Shown here: positions 51,582 through 64,000 of the stretch, in pieces
How the letters are laid out: every line of letters starts with the position of its first letter
Position numbering within the stretch: the stretch's first letter is position 1
Source: Octopus vulgaris
Lineage: Eukaryota
Direction of reading: 5' to 3'
DNA length: 64,000 nt
NCBI GenBank assembly: GCA_951406725.2
Contig: OX597816.1
Coordinates: 93,124,001-93,188,000 of the forward strand
Translations under genes and position numbers: made by a program
The notes under the pieces: generated by a model
Database searches by the model: none
What the model saw: only the letters and a program-made list of their open reading frames with translations
What the model was told of the DNA's origin: nothing

Positions 51582-52380
51582 TCATCATCATATCACCATC
51601 GTCTAATGTCTGCCTTCCATGCTAGCATGGGTGTGACGGTTTCACAAGAGCCAGCCAGGCAGAAACCTGCACCAGACATTTGTGACTGTTTTGGCAGGAC
51701 TTTTTACAGCTGGATGCCCTTCTTAACACCAACCACTCAGCAGAGTGGTCTTAGTGCTTTTTACATGGCACATGCACAGGCAATCTCAGTTTTGCCAAAC
51801 TTTTTATGGCTGGATGCCCTTCCAAACACCAACCACTTTACAGTGTGAACTGGGTGCTTTTCGGTGGCACCTGCACTGACAGGGTCACCAAGTACTTGCA
51901 AGACAAAGTAAAAAGAAACTTTCAAGTGGGGAGGGAACATTGGCAGATGTGATCTTGTGTCAGATGATGAAAGATTATAGTAAGACAGAGAGTCAGACAC
52001 AGGTGTCTTGCTGTAGAGGAGGTATAAGGTTACTCCACTGGAGAGAGAGAGAGAGAGAGGGTTCAAGAATGAAAACAGAAACAGGTGCACTACCACAAAG
52101 GAAATGCATGGCTATCCAGCCTGAGGGAAGTGCAGGAGAAGGAGAGAGAGAGTGGGAGACAGCAGGATAGAAATGGTGGCAAAATGCCGGGCATACTCAC
52201 AAGGGATGGGGATCAGAGTATAAATGGGATGGTTGAGTAAAGAAAGAGAGAGATATAATATAGATAGTAGCAAGTGTCAAGGCATACCCCCGAGGTTCAA
52301 ACATCATAATATAAGTGGCAGCATATTGCGAAGGAAATGTGATTAAAGAGTGCGGAGTGGGGAAGTGAGAAAAATTTATC
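51580..52380 (-). mobile_element. RTE-type 3'UTR/tail
   Basis: (CAT)n..TAATGTCTGCCTTCCATGCTAGCATGGG and duplicated CTGGATGCCCTTC..ACACCAACCACT; reverse complement of the 59900-60370 type. Confidence 0.75.
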
Positions 52381-53993
52381 GCATAAGCATTTTGCAATGA
52401 GAGTGGGAGTCTGGCTGAAATTGAAATGACATGAAATTACATGTGGCCTTGGCAATTAGATATTGAAAGAAATTGGGGAATCCTAGATTCATTGACTTTG
52501 TCACATTTGAATAATAATATTGATTCAAGAAAGAACAAGCGAGTGCATGAGTTGCTGATCCATGAATGGCAGCAAAGAAATGGAACAATATTTGGAAATT
52601 TATTTTAAATATACAACAAACACTGGGGATGGACGTTGAGCACAGGCCTAGTGCAAACTAAGTTTTATGCACCACATAGCTAGATGAGCTCAGAAGAAAA
52701 GCTGTAGTATTTAATAATAATAATTATTATTATAACTATTAAAATATTATACATACATGTATGTATGTATGTCTGCATGTATGTATATGACTGACCTCCA
52801 CACAGTTTTCACCTAAGAAATTCTCTTGCTAGACAGTAGTTATCCCAGGGCTATAATAGACGATCCTTGCCCAATCTGCTGCCCAAAGAGGCTGAATCTG
52901 AAAACACTTGGTTGTAAAGCAAACTTCTTAACTTCATAGCCATGCCAGTGCCTATAAATAAACGGGAAGCAGTCAGTTGATTATATAGACTCTAGTATTT
53001 GACTGGTACTTTATTTTATTGACCTGGAAGAATGAAAGGCAAAGCTGACAACAGCTGAATTTGAAACTAGAATGTAAAGAGTCAGAAGAAATACTGCAAG
53101 ACATTTGTTAAAGCTCTAATGACACATCTAATTAATCCAATGTTTGGAACTATGTCTGAACAAATACAAAGATGTGGCTGCAAGTGTGTGTGTGTGTGTG
53201 TGTTTACATAAATAAATGCGCAACAAAATCTAGTCTGACTGAATCAATACTGAGATAAAAGCAATCAACTGAAAAGAATATATATATTAAAATAGCTGTC
53301 TATTTGTTTGTCATGCTTAATGTATATACCTTGTTGACAAGTAAGTTACTGCAGTTCTTGTCCAAGATCACATCTCTTATGGACATGCACTACATAAATG
53401 CATTAGATATCATACACAGATGACTATTGTTATTTAATTCTGCTTCAGTTGTGCATACCAGATGATATGGCAAATTCTACAACTGAATGTAGATTTGATG
53501 CTGTTGTAGATTAGTGTTGTTATATAGTCTTAGGCCAATCCTGATCAAGTAGGTGTACAATCACAATCAAAAATATTCCACCTGTGTCCATCGTGTCTTT
53601 TAAAAGGTATGGCTAGATCTACCATAACCAGGGTCCTTTCCTTTTTTTTAAACTGAAAGGGAGATGACTGCTATTTTTTGTAGGTCAAATGACAAAAAGG
53701 CTCCCTCATTGGCTCAAAAAATAATGTGTTGAGTAGAATAACCCTACAGATGAAAGTATATTAAATGATTACATCATCAAAACACTGTTTATAGATACAT
53801 ATTACCAAGAAATACTTTTTAAGCTGAATCTCAACTAATTATATTAATCTCTGATTTGTACTTCGTTATAAAATCTTAATCTGTATTTTTAGCTTATCTT
53901 TGTTTTACATAAAAGTTTACTTTCTACATTATTTCTAGTATTAACAGTACTCTGTACTGTATACACTAACTCTTCTAGTTACATTATACTGTA

Positions 53994-55044
53994 ATTACCT
54001 CCACCTTAGCAAAGGTGGAGATATTGTTTTCAGTCAAGTTTGTTTGTTTGACCATGGACAATATATCTCAAGAACCACTGGATGGATTTGGATGAAACTT
54101 TCAGAGATGTTTAGCCTCATGACTGGCACAAACTGATTAGATTTTGGGATCAATCTGGTACCAGACAAGGATTCTGGATTATTTGTTATACTTACTTTAT
54201 TTTACATGAAGTATTATGATCTTACGTCCACTTTCAAGTCTTTCTCTGATTATCTCCCTTGAAAGCATGCTCGTGGTTTCCATGTAAGTTATGGCGACAT
54301 TGCTGCTTCCGAAATTTTATTTTTGTTTCTCTATTATTAATTTTACTCGTGTCCCTATCTTAATAGAAACTGATGGATAAAAAAAATCAAACTACATAAA
54401 CAAACAACAGCAAAACTGTTCAGAAATTAAATAGCACTAACATATTCAGTAACAATAATAAATTTAATTTATCCTCGACAATATTTAATTTTACCAATTT
54501 TGAATATATTGCTCAGGATTTAACCCTCTTACTGACTTGACAACTGCATTTCTAGCTCTGCCTTGAAGGAAGTTTTATTTCTTGGACTCACATTTTTGCA
54601 TGCAACAATGTTGTTAAACCTCTGTTAACAGCTCCATATGCAGTTTCTTTCTAGATAAATTTTCCACTATATACTTTAATGGTCATAAAAACACTATATC
54701 AGAGGAGAGACTAAAAATGGCCTTCACAAAGAAAACTGTCCCTGTTCCCACTGCAGACAACAAACACACACACAGCATTACAAACACAGCCCCCACACCC
54801 AACTTCACATTCCATGACTACCACAGGAATTGATCAGGTACCGGTCAAGGATTCTGCATTATTTTTGTGCTGTTTTTTTTTACTTAATTTTTGAGAGCAG
54901 TCAGGTTCATTTTTAGTATTTTCGTTTGTGAGAGCAGTCAAGTTTATTTCAGATATTCTCATTTTAAAAATCATCTCCAGCTAATCGTTGAGAGGATGTT
55001 GGTGTTGCCTTGGCAGAGATTTGGGCTCTTTGAGTGCTCTTGTT
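53994..55044 (+). mobile_element. Non-autonomous Helentron-like (HINE-type) element
   Basis: 5' TTACCTCCACC..GGTGGAG, (GTTT)n, GGATGGATTTGGATGAAACTTT, GATTAGATTTTGG. 3' TTGGCAGAGAT (subterminal IR) followed by hairpin GCTC-TTT-GAGT. Confidence 0.65.
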
Positions 55045-55439
55045 TAGTTTAATTTGACTGTATTTTATTCTGTACATTCTACCCTTTTTCATTTTGTTTT
55101 ATGCCTGTTTTTCTATGATAGCATAGGTTAGGTGAATATACTTTTGTGGCATTGATTGTTTACCAGCTGGGTGTTCTTCCTGTTGCTAACCCTTCCCTGT
55201 TTTTCAAGTAAGAGATGGATTTGACGTACCTTTAAAAAAGCAGAGCCACTGGCTAGCCATTGACAGGAGAAATGACAGCAACATCACTGCCCATTCCTGA
55301 GTGATTTCTAGAGATGCAACCAATGTAAACAAGCACATGAACATATGCATGTACTCACATAGTCACACTAACATACATTCACATATAAACTGGCTCCTTT
55401 CAGTTTTCAGCTACCAGATCCAATCACAGAGTCTAACCC

Positions 55440-55877
55440 AGGGGGACGAATTTCAATGCACAATACCACATGTCCAGGGTTGATGCTCATGGAAGGCCTT
55501 CCAGATTGTTTATCATCTTCCAAGTACATTCTTCCACTTTTGAAGCATCCATGCCACTTGAAACATTGCATACGACCCATCATCCCATCGTCATAAGCTT
55601 GCCAAAGGATGCTTAATGTCTTTGTAGTAGACTTGCCAAGTTTGACGCAAAATTTCATGTTGACTCTTTGTTCTTATCCATGACAAAATAGCAGACTACA
55701 GCATATTCATGATCACAGAAACACAAATTTCACAACTTGTGAAGTAAACACAGCGATACCACTCAGTACACTCAGTACCACTCAGTACACTGCCTCATAA
55801 AGGTCACTGATAGCTCTTACTGTGCACACAACTGTGTTCTGCTACCTGTTGGTATCAAATTTTGATACCATCTCATA
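55440..55877 (-). mobile_element. mariner fragment (5' end and N-terminal HTH)
   Basis: ORF KFCVKLGKSTTKTLSILWQAY...QCFKWHGCFKSGRMYLEDDKQSGRPS is typical of a mariner N-terminus. Confidence 0.85.
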
Positions 55878-56249
55878 CTTGACACACCACCACTTGAGCT
55901 TAGTTACTGAACCAACTTTTGGTCAAACTCAAGCACATATTCTTAGTGCTTTGTATATGCCCCATTAGTTACCAGTTAAAATTTATCATTATATTCCAAT
56001 TTATAGTGCTTAGCAGTATTTCTTCTGGCCTTATGGTCTGAGTTCAAAAGCCTATGAGGTAGACTTTGCTTTTCATCCTTTCAGGAATGATAGAATAAGT
56101 ATCAGCTGAGCCCTGGAATCAAAATAATCAACTGATCCTCTTCCCCAACATTTCTGTAGTAATTTGTAATGATTGTAGCTAACAAGCAACTTAACATAAC
56201 ATTAGAGTAAATTTGTTTTTTAACTATTTAAATAAGAGAGAAAAAGTAA

Positions 56250-57300
56250 TATCATCATCATCATCATTTAACATCTGCTTTCCATGTTGGTATGGGTTGG
56301 ATGGTTTGACTGAGGACTGGCAAGGCAGGAGGCTGCACTAGGCTCCAATCTGTTTTGGTAAGGTTTATACAGCTGGATGCCCTTAACACCAACCACTCCA
56401 AGAAGTTAGTATTACAGATCACAAGATCATTTGCATCACAAAACTCCAGCAGCCTGGTTCCGTCCTCATTGCGGGAACCAAAACTTTAGCCACCATATCC
56501 ACAATGGAAGCTCCCTGAATGTTGTCCACAATACCCATTGAAGCCATCAGCCACAAAGAGAAGGTCCTTGTCATTCGTCTGCAGGAGGGTGTCATAAAAT
56601 CGGTCTTTCTGTTCACTAGGTAGCCCTTGCTGAGAGGTATAAGCCAAGATAATGGTTGCTAATCCATGTTGCAGCACAAGTCTAAGCTTAAGTATTCTAT
56701 AACAGACTCTGACTACCTCGATTACCTTATCAACCCATTTCTCTCATTACTCACGTCCCCAACCCCATCAGTGTTTCCTACCCAGGAAATCTTATACCTA
56801 TGTTCTTTACCTGTGAGGAACCTAACAGAACTTCCTCTCCACCTTACTTTTTAGATGCAGCACAAATCTACACATCTCTGTTCTAGCATCTTAATCTCAC
56901 TAGACCTACCTTACAATGTGCCAACTCTGAGGGTGTGGAGAGTGTGGGCCAGGTGAGACCCTGGGATGGGGGACAGCAGCATTATGCATCTAAAAAGAAA
57001 GCTCATTTGGCAGATCTCATAAACATACAATAGCCTTCAACCTGCATTCACTACTCCACCATTTTATTCACTACATAATCGTTACATTCACTAGGCAGGG
57101 ATGGAGGAGGGAAAGCATTCCTTATAGAGGTGCTCGGGAGAAAGACATCTCGTAGAGGTCAGAGAATAAAGACTTCCGTTATAGGTGGTGGGGGCCGGAC
57201 AGGAGGGAGTGCCATAAACGGCAAAGCACTGTGGCTGCCCTATTTCCAAGCAGAAGCTGATGTGGCATAACTACAGACAAATAATATGAGCTACTAATCA
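56250..57300 (-). mobile_element. RTE LINE 5' end and APE endonuclease relic fused directly to the 3' tail
   Basis: LRVGTL...VDLCCI...AYTSQQG...QKDRFYD...VADGFNG...FGSRNEDGTRLLEFCDANDLVICNTNF, then immediately GGAGTGGTTGG...TAAA(TGA)n. Confidence 0.85.
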
Positions 57301-58199
57301 ACAGTTAACATGGGAAAAACAAGTGGTTAATAAAACTGCTTCCAGTTACAGCCCCCTTTATCCTTAGTGCTTACATAATGCATTACCCCTCTATCCCTAG
57401 TGTCTACATAAAGGTTCACCCAACAACCCTGACAAGGGGAGATATTTCCCATACTAAGAAGTACACTAAAATATTTTATTTTTTGAATGAACAAAACAAA
57501 CATGTACACAGTATTACAACAGTATGAAGTAGTTTCAATTCTTTCTTTGACCCATTCCATTTACCTAAAAGCCCTAATAGCTTAAATAAGTCTAATTCAA
57601 TAAAACTTGAAAGAATTCATTATAATAATGATTCAGGTATTATACTCCTGACCATTTTAAAATTATTAATTACTCTATTTTGTTTTAACCTATTTCCTAT
57701 TTTAAATGATATTGCTAATGAAACGCTTGCTGTTAGAATATCTTTTTTTATCAAATCAATTTATTTCTATAAATATTCCAGTATCTGCCCTGGTGTCAGA
57801 GACTTGATTTTCAGATTAATAGTTCCAGACAATATTCCACAAATATTCATTACAAACATCTCTGCAATCCAAATCTTAGGATCAATTAATTGTGACAGCA
57901 ACTGTGACTATTTTGGGACTAAATGTTTTCTTTTAAAAATCAATGATGACAATAATCTGGAGATATGCCTTTAATATATATATGTATGCGTGTGTATTTT
58001 ATTCTGTGTATCTATGAGCATTTGTGTGTGTGTGTGGCAAAGAGATTTTGATGCTAAGGTATAAGATTACAGATTCACATGAGAAGGAGGTTTGATTTAT
58101 AGTATAGTAAATGTTATTTTGCAGCCAAGAAGAGAAGAAAGAAAAGTTTATTCTCTGAAATGGGAAGATACACAATAAAAAATGCACATAGTTCTATGC

Positions 58200-58231
<32 letters not shown>

Positions 58232-59009
58232 TTAAACATTTATATAACCAAGTTGAAAAGCAAACTGCAGAGATATAATTAAGATATATTCCATTTCAGA
58301 ATGGAGACCTTCCCTGTAGTTAATTAAAATTAATTAGTGAAGAAATCCATCATTAAACTGTTACAAAAATTACCATACATTTTGAGTAGGATAGATAATT
58401 AAGAAAGGTAGATAATTAAGATTTCCATAATATGGCCAACTATCCTGTAGGTTTATAACTGTTAAACAAATGTTATAACTATCACAGAATTTAGTCATCT
58501 TTTTCATTGTTGGTGGTGGTGGTGTTGTCCCCAAACCAATTATTATTCAACAAACCTATTATCAAAAGTATTCCAGCCATGACCATCCATTATCTTATAT
58601 ATATATATATGTATGCTTGTATATATATATATATATGTATGTATATAGCAGTAACTGCATTGTCCAGAGTGATTTGGTATGATTTAGAATGGTGGTGGAA
58701 AATTGGTTATTCTAACTAATAGTCCCAGTGACTATGTTGTGGTTCGCTAATTAATCTATTACTGTCTTTGTATTTGGATGGGGTGTAATCTGAAACATAT
58801 TAGCGAAAATATGTCTGAAATAATTTGATAGTGCTATGTATTTGCTTGTTATTGGAAATTTCACATATAGATGAGATGCATGCATGGATGGGCAGTCAAG
58901 AAGTTCATTTTCCAACCAAATGGCTTTGAGTTCAGTCCCACAGCATAATACCTTGGGTAGGTCTTCTGTTATAGTCCCTGACAGTCCACCATATATACTT
59001 ACATTTATC

Positions 59010-60370
59010 AGCGTGAAAGGTAGATTGTATGATGCTTGTGTATGAACAGCTATACTCCATGGTAGTGAGACATGGGCTCTGGATGCAAAGGGCATGTATA
59101 GACTAGAGAGAAATGAAGGCAGTATGTTCCCCTGGATGTGCATGAATGAATAAGAGCAAATGTGTTGAGAGAAAAGTTGGGCATAAGAGGAATTAAATGT
59201 AGCATGCAAGAAAGGAGACTATGTTGGTTAGGACATGTGATGTGCATGAGGGAAGACAGCTGTATACAGCTGTCACCAAAAGTAAATGGTACCTGTGGAA
59301 GAGGAAGACCCAGGAAGACACGAGAGAAGTGGTGAGAACTGATTTCAAGGTGTTGGGGCTCACAGAGGAAATGATAATAGACCAAAATGGCTGTGGATGA
59401 GTTTCTAGAGAAAACCCACCCACATCAGTGAACCTGAGTTCTAGAAGTGTGTGTTCCACCCACATGTAACAAAATTTCCATACACCCTACTTCCAACAAA
59501 CTAACTTACATTCTCCTTTCCCAAACTGTTTCGCTTCTCTTCCTCACATTTCCCCTTCATACACTATGATTATCTCCCACTCGCCAATCCAGTCCTCACT
59601 ACCCTGCCACTTGTATCATTGCTTCCCCACTTCCCACCCCTCCACCCACATTCTCACCGGTCATGGCATTCCCCACCCCCACTCCCAACTTGTGACTTCT
59701 TGGCAAAACTCTGCCAGCACCTGCCACCTTTCATCTCTCTCTTCCTTACTCTACCATCCTATCTATGCCTTGATCTCTGTTCAGTGTGAGTATATCCTGG
59801 TACTTACTGCCATCCCTATTCTGCTCTCTCTCTTTTCCTTGCTCTTCCCTCTGGTTGAGTAATCATGTATCTCTCTACAGCAACAAACCTGTTTTTGCCC
59901 TCATTCTTGGTCACATTTCCTTCTTTCTCTTGCTTTTACCTCTGGCTAGGCAGCCATGTATCTCTTTTACAAGTGCACACCTCTTTCTTGTTAACTCCCC
60001 CACTCTCTCTCTTTAGGAAAGCATGTCCCTCCTCTTCAGCAGTACACCTGTATCTGCCCTCATTTTTGTTAACGCTTGCACTCTTTCTTTCCCTCTCTTC
60101 CTCTACCTCTCAATCTCTCTCTCTCTCTCCTGCTCTCTGGCTGGGTAACCATGTCCTCTGCAGCAAGACACCTGTTTCTGTCTCCCTGTCAAACTAACTT
60201 TTCATTATCTGACACAAGATCACCTCCTCCTTGTAAAGTTACTTGGTGACCCTACCAACGCAGGTGCCACTTAAGAAGCACCCAGTCCACACTGTAAAGT
60301 GGTTGGCATTTGGAAGAGCATCCAGTTGTAAAAACAATGCCAAAACTGACCTCGCTTGAGCGAGTGCCAT
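59010..60370 (+). mobile_element. 5'-truncated RTE LINE (ORF C-terminus and long 3'UTR)
   Basis: VKGRLYDACV*TAILHGSETWAL...RLERNE...LREKLGIRGI...ERRLCWLGHV...RGRPRKT. Confidence 0.88.
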
Positions 60371-60406
60371 GCAAAAAGCATTCAGCCGACTGTTTCCAAC
60401 GTTTCC

Positions 60407-60443
60407 TGTTTCTGAAGAAGAGCTATGCCTGAAATGTAAAACA
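60407..60443 (+). ncRNA. Minimal hammerhead-like motif (A-insertion variant), decayed
   Basis: TGTTT-CTGAAGA-A-GAGC-TAT-GCCT-GAAAT-GTA-AAACA, with stem I UGUUU/AAACA intact. Confidence 0.45.
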
Positions 60444-60520
60444 ACCACTCTTTCTTTCCTTCTCTGAGTGTCTCATTAATACTTTGCATGTAGCAAGTCC
60501 TCGCGTTGTTGATTTCTCTG

Positions 60521-60870
60521 GTGTGGCTGTGTGGTAAGTAGCTTACTTACCAAGCACATGGTCCCAAGTTCAGTCCCTCTGTGTGGCACCTTCTACTATA
60601 GCCTTAGGCTGACCAAAGCCTTGTGAGTGGATTTTGTAGATATGTGTGTGTGTGTGTGTGTGTCTGCTTGTTCCCCCACCATTTGACAACTGATGTTGGT
60701 GTGTTTAGGTCCCTGTAACTTGTGAATTCGGCAAAAGTGACTGATGGAATAGATACAAGGCTTGCAAAGAATAAGTCCTGGGGTCGATTTGTTCAACTAA
60801 AAAGCAGTGCTCCAGCATGGCTGCAGTCAAATTACTCAAACAAGTAAAAGAACAAAGTAATAAAAGAATA
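60521..60870 (+). mobile_element. SINE family A, near full length
   Basis: GTGGCTGTGTGGTAAGTAGCTT...GTTCAGTCCC...(TG)n...CAAGTAAAAGAA. Confidence 0.85.
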
Positions 60871-60872
60871 TG

Positions 60873-62305
60873 AAATGAGAAATAATGAAAGCTTCTGATG
60901 GACCTGCTCACTATTACGTACTTAGACTTGCTGAAGTGCAGGACACTCAGTACCTACCACTCATGCATCTTCTTCACCTGGTATGTGGATGACATCCTCA
61001 TGCTTAATGCATCTCAAGAAGACACTTCCACAATATTGGAAACATTCAGTAAAATGGACTAACACATCAAACACCCGAATGGTGAAGGTTCCCTCTCCTC
61101 ACTTGGCTTTCAGTTAAACATCTGGACAAGGGAAGAACTGAGCTGGTGTTCTAGCAAAATTCAGCCTAGGTACCGCTTCATCCATTACAAATTGGCCTAC
61201 CTTATCAGAATTAAGACTAGCTACATACATAATGAAATTGCCTGGATACACAAGAGATGCAGTGACAAAACCAGCTAGGGTGCACAGATTGTACAATCCC
61301 TAAAGGTACTTGGGACCAACGGATACCCAGTATCCATCATTAACTCCATACTTGGACACAAACCAGATAAATGTGGCTGGAGGAATCTCTCTATAATCTG
61401 TTTCCTGAAAATTTCCCACTTTAATGAGAAGACAACCTCTGCCATCTATAAGGCTATCCACAGAGAAGGCCTTGATATCCTACTGGCTCATTCAGGACTT
61501 TCCTTATGTAAACACCTGTCTACAAGGTGGCCACTTGCAGAACAGCAGCTGGAAAATTGGCAAACTACCTATTTGCAGTACAAACATGTGCCTTACATAT
61601 CTACTTAGTGTAACAGATGCAACTTTTACATGGTTTGACCATTTCATGTCCAACTGAAGGAGAACCTAATTACCAACCCATCTTCCTTCCACAAAACAAC
61701 TAAATGTGACAACATCACCAAAGAGTTAGACACCTCTCACTTCTATACTGGCTTCAAAGAGGAACATAGGAAATCTCTGTATCAAAGAAACTTTATTGAT
61801 CCACTGCCTTAACCAGAAAAATCAATAATTGATTGGAATTGGATCACTGGCTCCTTTGGATACATCACTCCCTACATTATGACATGTATATATTAAGATG
61901 TTATTGGTGGTAACATCTTAATATATACCACCAATACCATCACCAACAACTACAACACCAACATGCGGCCAGTCTTAACTACCATCTCCAAAGTGACCTC
62001 TATGACACTGACTACTCCAAGCGAGGAGAGAGAACCTTCACCATTTGGATGTTTGATGTGTTGGCTCATTGCTGCTACTAACTCTTACACCAAGATGTGT
62101 GGAGTTGCTGCTGCTAACTCCTACACCAACGTATGGGGAGTTGTTGCACCTGATAACTCAACCTCTAGACTATCCAAAATGGCAGGATCTATGCAAATAC
62201 ATATTTATTTGATGGTATTCTTGTGAAGAAACATCTTTATATCTGAAATGTAATGGTTTTTCAAACTTTGTGCATTGTAAGATTTTCTTATTTCTCATTT
62301 CATTC
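60873..62305 (+). mobile_element. Decayed Penelope-like element (RT core to endonuclease) with a short inverted terminus
   Basis: FTWYVDDILML at 60973-61005 and later IY..C..C-like and ..LNQK end motifs. GAAATGAGAAATAA (about 60872) is inverted relative to TTATTTCTCATTTC (about 62288). Confidence 0.65.
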
Positions 62306-62366
62306 ATTTTTCTAATTCTGTACTAATTACTTCAAGTGAACTACACTTTTCTTTCATATATATATA

Positions 62367-63575
62367 TTGGGTCATCCCATAAATAATGTGATTTTTTCAA
62401 TTGCATGAACTAAAAGTGAGAGGGGATGGAATAAACTACCTGCATCAACTCACTATAAAAGCAGGTAGTAATATTACCTTGTACTTATTCTAAGGGCAAG
62501 TTTTGAAAAGTACAATTCGATTTTAACAGTTATTTTTTTAAAGCTATAATGGAAGTGACATAGGAGCATATTCGGCGTATTTTGCTTTATGAGTTCAATA
62601 AAGGCAACAATGCAATGGAAAGGGCAAGGAATATTAATACAGTATATAGGGATTGGACAATAAACATAAGCCAATGTCAAAAAAGAGTTCCAGAAATTCT
62701 GAGCTGGAAGCTACTTCCCTTAAGATGAGCCTTGTCCTGGAAGATCTGTAGAGCTTGATGAGAACGTCCTGCAAAGCTTGGTGGAACAAAATCTCATCTT
62801 AACTGTTGAGGAACTATTAGAGAAGCTTGGATTTGGTCATTCAACCATTCATCAACACCTGCATGCTATTAGAAAAGTCAACCAATTGGATCAATAGATT
62901 CCCCACAAACTTTCCAAGACTAATCGCTGTAACATTGCATGAATGAACCTTTTTTGGACCAAATAGTGACTGGTGATGTGAAATGGATTCCCTACAAAAA
63001 TGTCAAGCACCAAAGACTGAGCACCTTAAGCTAAAGAAGGTCTTCACCCATGTAAGGTGTTGTTATATGTTTGGTGGGATATGAAAGGTTTAGTCCACTT
63101 TGAACTTTTAAACCCAAACCAAACAATAACAAAGGAGATCTTCTGAAAGTAGTTTGAGTGGCTTAAGTCAGTCCTAGAAGAAAAACAACTTTCTTTGGTT
63201 TTAAGATGAAATATGTTCTTCCATCAGGATAGTGCTCAGTTACATACTGGAGCAGTTTAAATGGGAAACAATGCCTCACTTGCCATATTTGCTGGACACT
63301 GCCCATCAAAGTATCATTTATTCCTCAGTCTTCAAAATCATTTGGAAGGAAAAAATATGACTTCTGTAGACGAGGTCAGAACAGTATTAGAGGAGTATTT
63401 TTCGTCACATACAAGTGAATTTTTGAAGAGGGGCCTTGCAGGTCTACCAGATAGATGGAAGAGCATTGTACAAAATGAAGGAGAGTATATTTTAAATTAA
63501 AAAAGAACATTGTTTATCATAATTTTGAAAAATAAAATAAGTATGAAAAAAGACATTATTTATGGGATGACACAA
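62367..63575 (+). mobile_element. Full-length mariner transposon with TA TSD
   Basis: TA|TTGGGTCATCCCATAAATAATG ... CATTATTTATGGGATGACACAA|TA; 1209 bp. Confidence 0.92.
62549..63500 (+). pseudogene. mariner (DD34D-type) transposase pseudogene
   Basis: HIRRILLYEFNKG, *IPHKL (WVPHxL), FLDQIVTGDVKW, KVLLYVWWD, FFHQDSA and YHLFLSLQNHLEGK...LPDRWKSIVQNEGEY, with many stops. Confidence 0.92.
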
Positions 63576-63586
63576 TATGCATAAAT

Positions 63587-63627
<41 letters not shown>

Positions 63628-63636
<9 letters not shown>

Positions 63637-64000
63637 AAATCCATTCTCTCTGTCTGTGTGTGTCTTCTAGGATCTTGGGTATCCTCCGTCTGATTGCACT
63701 TAAATTTGATATGTAGATACTGACGGTATCAGGGCGTGTATAAGTCTTGAAAAAATTACAAAATTCGATTCCAGGTGAGAATGCGATCAATAAAGCCGTG
63801 GGAATGTGCATTTGTAAAATCGTTTTTCTCGGAATAGAAAAAAAGTCTATTTCTTTTGCTGGTGTCTCAAATTTAGGTTAAATCGGTGTTTCTCAAAGGG
63901 GAGGCCTATGAGAAGGTCGGACAAGTTGTTTTGAGAAAATTTGGTTTAAATGTTTGACAACTCAGCACCGTCCATTGGACGGAGGGCGTTTTGCTCGTAT
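63628..64000 (+). mobile_element. Same Helitron/Helentron-like family as 5700-6050, running off the window
   Basis: Reverse-complement match to 5700-6050. Confidence 0.6.

Noticed and set aside
62549-63500. Domesticated mariner (SETMAR-like) gene
   Set aside because: It has many stops and frameshifts, retains TIRs and TSD, and has no SET domain.

Overview
This is an AT-rich, microsatellite-dense animal window. The SINE/LINE repertoire looks like octopus (a coleoid cephalopod); that assignment is from memory, not a database search. I see no intact protein-coding gene. Almost all track ORFs are (TA/CA/TACA)n artefacts or transposon relics, and only two weak minus-strand exon candidates near 1.3-3.6 kb could belong to a host gene. 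The window holds many decayed mobile elements: three tRNA-head SINE families, RTE-clade LINE fragments, three Penelope-like (PLE, GIY-YIG) relics, Tc1/mariner elements (a DD36E Tc1, a mariner, a maT-like element), pogo/Tigger and piggyBac relics, Helitron/Helentron-like elements and a modular foldback element. The most interesting signal is a set of non-coding foldback (inverted-repeat) elements at (TA)n tracts whose arms carry type-I hammerhead ribozyme motifs with a palindromic ACAAUUGU stem III and a greatly enlarged stem II. These motifs are near-canonical at 544-1081 and decayed at 33068-33657. A third minimal hammerhead-like family occurs in four copies. All alignments and folds were made by eye, so boundaries are approximate.
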